Assembly: GCF_000143415.4 (NCBI RefSeq)
Contig: NW_003314297.1
Span: 124,001 to 188,000 of the forward strand
Length of the DNA stretch: 64,000 bases
Source of the DNA: Selaginella moellendorffii
Lineage: Eukaryota; Plantae; Lycopodiophyta
Direction of reading: 5' to 3'
Shown: positions 1-10,398 of the stretch, piece by piece
Layout: every line of letters begins with the position of its first letter
Numbering within the stretch: the stretch's first letter is position 1
Translations under genes and position numbers: made by a program
Notes under the pieces: generated by a model
Told to the model about the DNA's origin: nothing
Databases searched by the model: none
The model's input: the letters and a program-made list of their open reading frames with translations, nothing else

Positions 1-214
1 AGAGTGGCCTGGGCGAACGTGGGCGTGGGAATGGAAGGAGAGAGAAGACCACAACAATTTTGGAAACTTGTTTGCACATGCTCGAATGCGATCCATGAGT
101 CGAGATCGACATAACTCGAGATGTTCGAGTTGTGGTGCACCTTCGGAAGAGCTGCATGGAAAATTACTACAACTCGCCTCCATCGCCCCTGGTGTGGAAA
201 TCTAGGGTTTTGAT

Positions 215-1261
215 GTGGGAGTACGATTGGGTGGAGCGCCACTTTTGGAGGTGGAGCGATCGCGCGTGGGCGATGTAGTGCCCAACACCAGCGAAATTCT
301 CGCCAGGATTCAAGAGAATATGAGCAGGTTTGTGAATCTTCTCGAGGAGCAGCGGCAATGGGCGGAGGGTGTCTACTCGAATGGGGAAGGATTGGAGCTT
401 TTCCTTTTCCAGGTGAACGCCATCGAAGGCGAGGGGTTTGAGTTGTATAAAGAGACCCAGGAGGCGATTGCCGCAGGCGCGCTGCTGGATGGCTCTCAAG
501 ATATGAGCCAAGAGGCTGAAGCCATGCGTTGCCTCCACAGGGCATTTGCACACCAGCTCCAAGGAAGCAATGCAAACTTGGCACCGAGGTTGAGCGTTTC
601 TGGCATTCTGGATGCGCACAGGTGCCTGATGAGCTCGAGCAAGCCAGGCATCGCCGGGAGGCTGAGGCGCGAGGACGAGGTTGCCTTCACCGTGACGACA
701 CTGAACTTGCCGCATGTTTTCATGTGGCCTTCGGACGTGGAGGGAGCTCTTCACAGGCTCGTGGATGAAACCAATGCGGAGCTCGAGGAGCTCTTCGCGA
801 GAGATTGTCACGACCGGACTGAGAGACTTCTCAAGCTCGGGGCACGGTTCTTCCTCGAGTTTGAGAACATCCATCCTTTCAAGGATGGGAATGGGAGGAT
901 CGGGAGAGTACTGCTTGCAAAGCTATTGGAGTCACTTGCGCCGTTCCCGAATACCTTGTTGGTGGAAAGTATGAAGCAGGACCCTCCGTTTGTGGACGGG
1001 GATGACTACCGAGAATGCTTCGAAAGGGCCCAGGCAGAGCAGGAGTTCGATCGTAGCGAGGAAGGTGGCGCGCTGAGGTTGACGAGAGAGGGCGCAGTGA
1101 GCAAAACTTCTCCTCCAGAGGATCTGGCGGCTTTGGTGGTGGAAGGCTTGTACGTGGGGTGGAAGCGCCTGTTTAAGGCTCTTCATGAAGTGGAAGTTCC
1201 AGTGACAAGGGCATGGAAACCAAAGTGGTGGGAATCACGGCAGTCCCTGGTCCAGGCATGA
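215..1261 (+). CDS. Fic/Fido-domain protein (putative AMPylase, class II with N-terminal inhibitory helix); intronless; true start uncertain (first in-frame ATG at 320)
   Basis: Exact Fic catalytic motif HPFKDGNGRIGR; upstream QVNAIEG resembles the (S/T)xxxE(G/N) inhibitory motif; ILDAHRCLM...AGRLRREDEV pre-catalytic segment. Confidence 0.9.
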   Translation: MGVRLGGAPLLEVERSRVGDVVPNTSEILARIQENMSRFVNLLEEQRQWAEGVYSNGEGLELFLFQVNAIEGEGFELYKETQEAIAAGALLDGSQDMSQEAEAMRCLHRAFAHQLQGSNANLAPRLSVSGILDAHRCLMSSSKPGIAGRLRREDEVAFTVTTLNLPHVFMWPSDVEGALHRLVDETNAELEELFARDCHDRTERLLKLGARFFLEFENIHPFKDGNGRIGRVLLAKLLESLAPFPNTLLVESMKQDPPFVDGDDYRECFERAQAEQEFDRSEEGGALRLTREGAVSKTSPPEDLAALVVEGLYVGWKRLFKALHEVEVPVTRAWKPKWWESRQSLVQA

Positions 1262-1304
1262 AATACTTGTTTTCCACTAGAATAGATGGCCATATAGTGC
1301 CAAT

Positions 1305-2518
1305 ATGCCGCATCCACGTCTCACAGCCGCTGAAGTTGTGAAAAAAATGCATGAGAGAAATGGAGATGAACTCACGCCTAATTTTCTCCTGGGGAGAGAT
1401 ACGATTTTGTCAGGGGTACGAACATACAGGATGCATGAAATGATAGAAAAAGGAAGGAAGAAGGTTGGTTTAACATCGGCATCATTTTGCTCTTGATCTG
1501 ATATAGCTTTTCGTCAGATCTTGGATTTGTGCTAGCTATCCTTTTGTTTTTTATCTCTCCCGGCTATATAACAGTCTTCAAAGTCCCAAGACTCAAAATA
1601 TTGCCCAAACTCGGCTTCCCGTTCTGCTCATCTCCATGACGTTGCTCACTACCTCCCAGTCGCTTGTCTTGGCTCTTACCTCTTGAGGGCGTGGAGCTCA
1701 AGTTTACATATTCGAACAGGGGCCACAGCATGCGGATATCAAGGTTGAGGCTTAGAGAATGGATTACCATTGCCATACTAGTGGAACAGTTGGGAGCAGA
1801 GACTCTCGTTGAGGTCGTGAAGTACTCATATTGTCGTGCTGTCCTATTCTGGTGATCGAGTTGGCCAGACCACATATACGAGTTCGGGGAGCTGCAACAT
1901 ACATCGACAAGCCTGCTTACCAGTTTCACTCCGTTCCTTGTTATCTACAAGTTCTTCAGGACTCTGACCATGTCCCTACACTGTCCAGGGCCTTGGCCTC
2001 CATTGGTGACCTCATGCTCTGTTTTATGGAACCTTGACTCTAGGGAAACAGAAGCCGTCAAAGATCAGGACGCTGCGAGAGCAGGAAGCAACCATCGTAC
2101 AGAGGACTCGTGCACAAGCAGCGAGTAATCTACGTCTGATGAACATTGGCAGGTCCAACCAGCTTCTGTTTAGAGTAGGGCGGCCTTGGATGTCTCCCCG
2201 TGTCATCAAGTTCTCTCAGCGATATGAAATCGACATCCAGCAGAGTTTTTCATGTGTGAGGATGGCTGGTTCATGATAGATATGGAGTTTTTCCCCGAGG
2301 AGGACGGTTGGATTCCCTCATTGCAGGCGTCTGCTGCAGCGATTTTGCAAAGAGCAGGTACAAATCACTGCAGAAACGTTTCCTTTTATAGTTCATGGGG
2401 ATTTGCGGCAAGGAAACATACTTTACAACACTGGAACGTGGGGGCTGGCCTTCATCGATTTGGATTCACTTATAACATCCAGATAATCTGGCCTCTTGGC
2501 GTTGATACTCGGTTTTAA
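1305..2518 (+). pseudogene. Fragmented ORF cluster of unknown family, probably a decayed gene
   Basis: Several short overlapping + strand ORFs with coding-like composition, stops and frameshifts; no recognisable motif. Confidence 0.25.
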
Positions 2519-3326
2519 GTGTTTGATTTCAAATAGTCTAGTACTGCAAGCGCCACCAAGATAAATTTCATTTCCTGCATTTAACTGTTTAAATAGTCTA
2601 GGTTATCGTGTCCTAGACGATCTGTACAATATAAAAATTGATTTTGATAATGAACCTGATTTGGATGTCCCTGATAGCATACTTTCCTCAACACAGCTCT
2701 CCCCATGCTTCTCCTCCCCGAGTTTCAAGCATGCCGTGAGAAGAATGCACTCGTGATGGATCTGAATGTCAAATGAGAGCTCATTTCTTCTCCATTTGCT
2801 ACATTTTCCATCAACCATCTCCAAAACAGATTACCCGGAGTGCTAAACTTTGTTGCTCTGAAGGCCAGACTATCACCTAGATGTTCTAGCACGAAGAATA
2901 AGGTTTCAAACAGCCAGATTTTCATAAACAGGGACAAAAGAAAGACAGACAAAGAAGACAAAGAAAGACAAAGAAAGACAAAGAAGCCGAATTTCGGATC
3001 CTGGAAAGTGATAGCGTGGAACCAGGAGAGTCCGTGCCGAGCGAAAATATTTCTCAGCCGACAGCTTTCTTAGGCCGACATTCTTGACAAGCGCCAATAG
3101 CAAGCGAACTGGAAAGGTAGCCCAGCTTAGATTCTCTTTAAATTTCTGAATTCCTCCAATCACGCAAGCCAAAATTGGTCCGAGTTGACCAGGGAATCTG
3201 AGTCCGCGTCAGAATTCTTGCTGACGAACAAGTCATCAACTTTCATTTATTTTATGTTGAATTGGTATCGACAAGAATAATTGGGCCTACAGTTCGGAAA
3301 ATTGTTTTGGAGCTCTAGAGCCTAAT

Positions 3327-4931
3327 CTAGCACACGCTCACTTGCCTGTAGTGGCTGGGCCTCCCATCCGGATACCTCACAAGCGCCATCTCGAACCCGT
3401 CACGCTTGAGCAGCATCTCATGCTCGAGCTCCTCGCAAGCCAAATCTCCCACACCCGATCCCCATCCCCGGATGACCTTGGAGTGCAGCAGCAAGAACTT
3501 GCCATCGGCCAGCTCCACGACTGTGTTGTGCCACGGCGTCGGTATGTGGAAGTTCCTCTCCTCGGAGGAGCGCTGTGCCGCCACGAGCGAGGAGTGAATG
3601 ACGTTGATGCCGTACTTGGGGCCGCGGTTTGGATGCGGGTGGATGGAGACGCGGAGCTGCAGTGGAAAGAGCCACTCCACCATCGCCGAGTAGGCGCGGT
3701 TCCTCAGGATCATGAGGAAGCCGACTTGGCTGCACAGCTTCTTCTTGGCCGACTTCGATGGGAGACTCTTGCAGCTCTTGTGCTCGTAGAGATCCTCAAG
3801 CATGAACCTGGAGAAGCCGCGGTACAAATTGCGCGTCTCCGGGTCCTCCTTGATGTCCCTGTGCACGGCCGACTCGTCACTTCCAAACAAGCGGATGAGA
3901 GCTCGTCTCGCTGTCTCGGCGTTGGAGGTGAGGTCGGTGGCGACGGGATGCTCCAGCTCGGTGCCGGAAACGAGCTCCTCTATGCTCTCGTCGCTGTGGT
4001 TGTCCAGCAAGAATTCGTCTAGGCGGTAGAAGCTGACCAAGCCCGGATACAAATCGTGCGCCATCTCGCGAAACATCTCTCCGTATGTATCCACGGTAGC
4101 ATCGTCAGATCCAACTGCAAGAACAGAGCTTTAGTCATGAAAAGAGCTTGGATCGATCGTATGATCTTTACCGAGATCAGAGAAGACATGGCCATCCGAG
4201 ACGACGTTGTAGTGCACACCGGGGGCGTACACGGCTTTGATGAGGTCCGCGACAATCTTCATGGAATGAATTGCGAGCTCCTCGGCCTTGTCGGGGTATT
4301 TCCCCAAAGTCTTGTCGGAGTTGCACGACTTCACCGGGAAAGCTGGAAGGATGAACTCGAGAGGAACGTTTCTTGCGACGTGATACCTCACCTTGTCCGC
4401 GAACCTCTGCTTGCCCCCGCTAGTGAACCACTGGTCGTGCCTTGGGAAGTGGATGTAATTTGCCTCGATGATGTCCACCACCTTGGAGGCGATCACGTCC
4501 ACCTCGAGTGGAGTGTGCGATGCGAATGGCTCCAGGAGGCAATCCCTCGTCATGACGCTGTTGTCCAGCAGGAGAGTGGCCAAGTAATCGGTCGCGCTCG
4601 ACTCCAGCGCTGGTTCATCCATGGAGAAAACCACGCCCTCGAATCCATTGCCAATGTATCTCTCGTACACAGTCGCCTCCCAGCTTGATGAGCTCGCGGC
4701 GTCAAGAAAGGATATATTGTACTTATGGATCTCTGGAGTGGTGGAGCGCGTGGCGTTCTTGGCCGCCTCTAATTCCGCGGCCGTGCTCGCAACCATGGAA
4801 GAAAACACGAAACCATCGCCTCCTTGATCGGCAACCGGGACATGCCATGATGCGGATTGGGAGATGAAGCACACCTCGCCCCTCTCCCTGTGGATATACA
4901 TGAACGCGATCTTGTCCTTGGGATAACCCAT
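3327..4931 (-). CDS. Dit1/PvcA-family isocyanide (isonitrile) synthase / dityrosine-precursor synthase, ~515 aa; exons 4931-4172 and 4114-3327
   Basis: Motifs LPAFPVKSCN..K.LG..PDKAEELA, VSDGHVFSDLVG, LYRGFSRFMLEDL, RNRAYS, RVSIHPHPNRGPKYGI, HIPTPWHN; a 57-nt GT..CAG intron (4171-4115) joins the two ORFs in frame; TATA-like TATAAGAA at ~5039-5032 (-). Confidence 0.93.
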
Positions 4932-6211
4932 GATGGAGAGCTGATCAATGCGTGAATTCACACTCTATGAGAATGTAGTTTGATCAAATAAGGGATTGCT
5001 AGAAATGCGTTGAGGCGGTTCTTGGGTTTCTTTCTTATAGGTGGCCAAGCCGTCCAACTCTGACGAAAATAGTTGTCCGTGGTTGGACTGTTCTCTCTGA
5101 ATAATATTGTATTATACGTTGATGGGTACGTGTGGGTACTAGAGACCAGTTCTTGAGCAAGTAGCTTCTCGCTGCTTTCCAGATCCTTTCATGCAAGCTT
5201 TGGGAAGCACATGTCTAAATTGATCAATATTAAAGAATAGAAGGTTCGTGTGTTCAAATAACTCTTAAAACATGTAAACGAGTGGCATACAAAGTTTGAC
5301 CACTCTGTGCTGCAATTGCTCAAATTTGGTTTTGATTTAGGCGGCTAAATCAACCAAACCGACTAACCGAGTAACAGAGTGACCAGGCGAGTAAACATAA
5401 AAGTCCAAAACGAGCAAAGACATTAGACATTCTTTGACCATCCCCGGTTTACGTAACCGTATCTGCCCTACGCAAATTTGCCAGCGTTCCTACGTTGACA
5501 TGAAAGCATGTATGGCGGCAAGGTTCACGACCAAATCCATTCGCAGAAAAAGCACCTTTCATGAAATGTGAACAATCCACACGTCTCAGCTTTTGATTTT
5601 GATTTCCAGCTTTGGACTTTTCCAGTGTAGTTTCTTATATGCTAGTCTCTTCTATGCTGTTTTTTCAGCCCTCTCGTTTGATAATTTACACATGTCCTTT
5701 CAGGGGAAAATGTAGTATTTGACACATAACATTTGCCTGTACACCTTTTGACATAGGAAAAATCTAGGAATCAGCAAGTCGACATGTAGGCCATAGAAAG
5801 TTTTTGTGTCCCTTATCGAGTTTTTCCGAGAACTCTCTGATAAGCTTTGATTTATACAAAATCTAGTTGATTTCAAGGATGCAGGGGGATCCCTCTCAAG
5901 CCCAACGTCATGAAATGGCGCATGAGATCAGCAGGCCTGGTCAAGGACTAGTGAGACTTCGCAACCGTTCTCGGCAACAATGACTTCCAGCTTCTCGCGT
6001 AAGAACAACATGGCGAAAACTTCCAGGATGAGGAATGTGAGTGTCATTCCCGATCCAGTCTTTGAACATCTTGGCTGGATGGAAGTCATGGCTTGGAGCT
6101 TGATCCAGCTGCAAGTGTAAGTGACCAAAATTGACCAGTCAAAGCGACTCCAGTCTAGGAATAGGTTTGATTGTTTTCGAATTCTTTGGCGGGAGACTCT
6201 AGGTAAGAGCT

Positions 6212-8101
6212 ATGGAGCGGCTCGATCCGGGCTTCGTCGCGACATTCGACGGCACCAAGGATTTCCTGTGCTTCATGTCGGCTCGATCGGGCCTGTGGCG
6301 CACCATCCCAGCGCCGTCCGTGCCCTGGGACGATCTTGTCGCCGCCGATGGCTCGCTCGTGCTGTTCCAGAGGAGGATCGCCGAGGGGGTAAGAAAAACG
6401 GTGTTTCTAGTTTTCGACCCAGGCAAGGGCAGCTGCGAGGAGCTCCCGGCGATGGATGGCGAGCCACTCCTGGCGGGATTTAGCATGGACGAAGCGTCCA
6501 GGCGGTACAGGGTCGTGGTGGATGGTATAGGCAGGGATTTTCTTCCAGAAGGAAGAATTGGGTCGATCGATGGTGATGGATTTCTCTACAAGTCAGAGGG
6601 TAAGGCGTGGAAACGGCTTGAAAGCTCTCCAACGTTTTGGGAGAAGAGACCCAATGGACCTGCGTGTAAGGATGGCGTGATTTGGTGGCGCCTGGGCAAG
6701 GAGATCCGGAGCTTCGACGTTGCCCAGGAGAAATGGTGTAAGTGATGTGCTGCCCAGGAAAAGGATGAATCGATCGACCGGGAGGAACGCAAGCGGCAGA
6801 GAAAAGAAGAGATTCCGCGAGTGCGTGTGGGCTACGCGGGAGCAAACATGGAAGTTCTCATGGATTGCGGCAACACCCTCTTTGCGAAAGGCTCTCCTCC
6901 CTGGCCTGGTCCGAAATGGCTGAGAGCTCCCGGCTGCCACGCAGAGATGCGCGTCCAAAAGCAGGAAAACCACGGCGTTTGCATCCAGCTCGCAAACAAC
7001 TCAAGCTTCGCAACCCAGGGAGATAGCTCCAGAAATCCCAAGGGCTGGGCGATTTGGCCACACTGTCCACTCCGCAAAGGCATGCTCTCCCTCTACCCTC
7101 TCAAGATCGACACAGGCAGCAGGGCCATCTCGAGATTTGTTCCGGAGGAGCAAAAGGTGGCAGGTCCTGGCTTCGTAGCCGCCTTCAAATGCATCAAGAA
7201 CTTCCTGTGCTTCTACTCGATCGAGAGCGAGACTTGGAGGAGAATGCCAGCTCCATCGCCGGCTTGCTGGGACGAGCTCGTAGCGGCCGACGCCACACTG
7301 GTCTTGCTAAAGAGGAACTCGAGAGGTGCCGGTTTGGAGTTCGTGGTCTTCAACCCGGCAACCTGTTCGTGTCTGGAGCTCCAAGCTTGCGGGTTTCTCG
7401 AGGACGAGGCCTACATCACGGGCTTCTGGGTGAGCGACGCAGTCGACGGCCTTCCATGTTTCAGCATTGTCTGCGCCAAGCATGAGGATAGCCAGGACGC
7501 CTACGTCTATACTTCCCAGAGTGGATCCTGGAGAAAGTCGCAAGCCATGCCAGAGCTCGGTGGATGCTTTGCTCTTGCCGGAGCAAGCAGCCGGCCAGGG
7601 AAGTACTCGTGGCGCCTGGAAGACGACTGCTTCGAGCTGCAAGGGCTGCTGACGTTCGACTTTGCGACCGAGGCGTGGTCGGTGCTCGCCAAGTCGGAGT
7701 GTAGTGTTCGGTTCCAGAGGAGATCTCTCAAGAACAGGGACTGGATAGAGGCCGTGTATGCGGGGGCTGGCGACTTTGGGGACCTCAAGCTTGTCCTGGA
7801 CGACGACAACCTCGACATCTACATTCTCAACGGAGATGGCACCCAAAAGTGTGCCAAGCTTGCCTCGGACGTGTGGGACTACGAATGGAGTGGCATCGCC
7901 GGGAAGACAGTGGAAGTGATTCTTCACGGAGTGCGTGCTCGGCGGCAGGGAAGCGTGGTGTGCATCCAAGTGGAGGGCCAAGAGTGCGTGGCCATGAAGG
8001 ATCTCCGGGCAGGAAATGGATCACAATGGATGATGTGGGATCACTGCCCACTTGAGAAAGAAATGTTGGATCTCCATCCTTTGAGTTTAGACTATTGTTG
8101 A
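6212..8101 (+). CDS. Tandem two-domain kelch/F-box-associated (beta-propeller-like) protein, interrupted by a single in-frame TGA at 6743-6745 (possible young pseudogene)
   Basis: ORFs 6212-6745 and 6821-8101 share a frame; two homologous halves (PGFVA.F...K.FLCF.S..S..WR..PAPS...WD.LVAAD..LVL...F.VF.P....C.EL ... W..W.HCPL.K.ML.L.PL..D). Confidence 0.65.
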
Positions 8102-8220
8102 CCAAACGGAAACAAGTCAACCTTACATAGTCAACCCAAATCAAATACCATCTTTGACTAGATTCCCAGTGCAAAGAATGGTGTTAATGGTACATACAAA
8201 ATCAGCGGTTACGAGTAGCA

Positions 8221-9853
8221 TTACATTGCTTTCATGGGCCGACCCGCGTCTTTGTCACGTCCACAACTGCGAAGAACAAACGCGAGCGTTTAGCACTGCA
8301 AGATCTCCTCCTCCTATAACGTACCGGTTACAGCATTCCCGGGATGCGTAGTTATGGTTGTCACAGTTTGTACAAATCCAATCTCCAGCGCGCCAGTGTT
8401 TGGCTCTGAAGAGCAAAACAAGTGATTCAATGGTATCAAAGCTCGAAACAACGTGAGAGATCTACGCACCCCTTTCCGACGTTTGGAGGGTTTTGCAACG
8501 CTGCCGCTGCTGCTGGATTGGGAAGTCCCAGGTTTGGGATCAAGTTGAGCCCTCCGAGGACAAGCCCTGAACGGTCGTTCCATCCTCCGCAAGAAGTAAA
8601 AGATGCCTGCAAAAGAATCAGTGAGAGCGTTTAAACAGAAAAGCATGAGTTACTTACCATGTAGGCCTGGTGCAAGAGATCAACGTGTGGACGCTTGGTT
8701 ACCCAATCGTTTGATAACTCATCAGAGGCCTGGCGCTTCACCCCAGAAACTAAAGTTTCCGGCACGAGACACAAGAGGAACGTGAGTGAGAGTTGTGGCA
8801 ATGCGTAGCTTTGAATACCTTGATATCCAACTGTACTCAAGTTTTGTTGCGGCAATGCGATCGCTGGCAAGGAATGACATTGTTTGCACTGCACAGAGCA
8901 AATCACAAACAGCTTAAGAGAAGGAATAACCAAGAAAGGGTTTAAGAGACATACCGTGGTTCTCGAAGCATAGTTCACGTAGCCGCAGGTGCACGTCCAG
9001 TCCCCAATCCGCCAGTTACCACCGCCTCCACCGCCTCCGCCACCGCCACCAACACCTCCTAAAGTGTTGTCACTCAAGCGGACGCTTCTGGCTAGAGCAG
9101 CAGCGTTCATGTTCCAAGTGCCGAGCGAGATTGGAGCCGGCATGATCCCCATGTTGAGGCCCAGCGCGGCTCCATTGGCGAGAGGCGCCGAGACCGCAGC
9201 ACCCGACCCGGCGGCGGCGGCTACAGACAGTGGCAAGGCTGCGACGTCTCTGGGCTTGCCACACTTGTTACATTTGTCTCTCGAGGCATAGTTGTTGTTG
9301 CTACAGCCTTTTGGTACGTAGTAGTAGTAGTAGTACACACACCACCACACGACGTACGCACACACCAGCACCGCGGGAGAAAGAAAGACGCTTGCACGAG
9401 CAAGCCATCATCCAGTAAGGCGTCCCCACGCAACACAGCAAAACCAGAAAACAAAAAACAAACGCACCCGGATCACGCCAGCTTGAACAGCTGAATTCGA
9501 AAAAATCGAAAGAAAAAAGAACCAAAGAAGAAGGGAAGAAAAAAAAGATGGTCTTTCTAGTGCTTGCTATTGCTACTGCTACTGCTACTACTGCTACAAA
9601 TGAGCACACACCTTTGCAGGACGCAAACACTTGAGCACGCAAACGCAAACACCAAGGGGGAGGAGAGGATTTACAGACCCGCGCATATCCAGTCGCCAAT
9701 CCGAGGAAGCCATTTGGAATCCGGGGGCGTGTCAGTGTCGACCAGAATTCTCGGCTGCTTGCAACGATTGCACAGCGACCGGAACGCGTAGTTCCGGTTG
9801 GAGCAGCCGGAGCACTTCCAATCGCCTTCCCTAGCTCCGCTGGATCTTGTCAT
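8221..9853 (-). CDS. RanBP2-type zinc-finger RNA-binding protein with 4 ZnFs (At2g17975/SRP1-like), multi-exon
   Basis: REGDWKCSGCSNRNYAFRSLCNRC, RIGDWICAG|CSNNNYASRDKCNKC, RIGDWTCTCGYVNYASRTT|..CKQC, WRAGDWICTNCDNHNYASRECCNR|C; canonical splice sites; stop TAA at 8223-8221. Confidence 0.9.
9317..9597. repeat. Intronic microsatellites: (TAG)n at ~9317-9333 and (GCTACT)n-like at ~9565-9597
   Basis: Directly visible simple repeats in the first intron of the ZnF gene. Confidence 0.7.
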
Positions 9854-10054
9854 CGCTGCAAGCAAGACGGAACGAAATCTCAGGGACTTCCGCAAGAAAT
9901 GCGAACCAAGAACAATGCGGCGGCCGTAGATCTGAGAGATTACCTGGTCGACTGTCGACAGATCCGGCAGCGCGCTCGCTCGCCCAAACTCCCACGCAAA
10001 ATGGACAAACCCTAGCTAGACCCTTTCGAAAGAGAATAGTAAAAAAAGAGAAAC

Positions 10055-10156
10055 TGCCAATGACCGGTATCGAACCCGGGACTGGTCTAGCGATCGAGAC
10101 GTTGGCTTGGCATTTTAGAGCTCGTTGTCGTTGGTTACCACTATCATATCATCGTC
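10055..10156 (-). other. Degenerate tRNA-derived sequence (pseudo-tRNA or SINE head)
   Basis: Minus strand has a D-loop-like AGTGGTA, a B-box GGTTCGATACC and partial acceptor pairing GACGATGA/TCATTGGC; no clean anticodon arm. Confidence 0.3.
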
Positions 10157-10398
10157 GTGGTTCTTCCCTATCCTATAGTATATTTTAGCTCTAGGAATTC
10201 CTCGCGAAGGCGCTGTTAGTGGCGATGCTCGTGCTCGTCGGTGATAATCCGCGTAATACTCCTCCAGCTCCAGATCTCCGGGTATTTCATTGCGATCGCA
10301 GGGATCCGGATCCGGGGGGTAGGGTTTTGTAGATTCACGCCAGGAATCGGTCATCGCCGAGCCACATTGCCGTATCGCGGAAGAAATCAGGTGAAGAA

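Noticed and set aside
2603-3172. Short ORFs between Fic and ICS as an antitoxin or PPR remnant
   Set aside because: No convincing motif or consistent frame
3342-4688. Long + strand ORFs opposite the ICS gene, and similar antisense ORFs over Fic, CSLD, Agenet and GT34
   Set aside because: Expected antisense open frames of GC3-rich coding sequence; no motifs
215-4931. Bacterial or fungal contamination / prokaryotic operon
   Set aside because: The ICS gene has a host-sized spliceosomal intron and is contiguous with plant genes; no operon features. Read-level confirmation is still needed
6743-6745. In-frame TGA in a C-K-U-C context as selenocysteine
   Set aside because: Land plants lack the Sec machinery, no SECIS was recognised, and the homologous second domain has no Cys/Sec redox motif there
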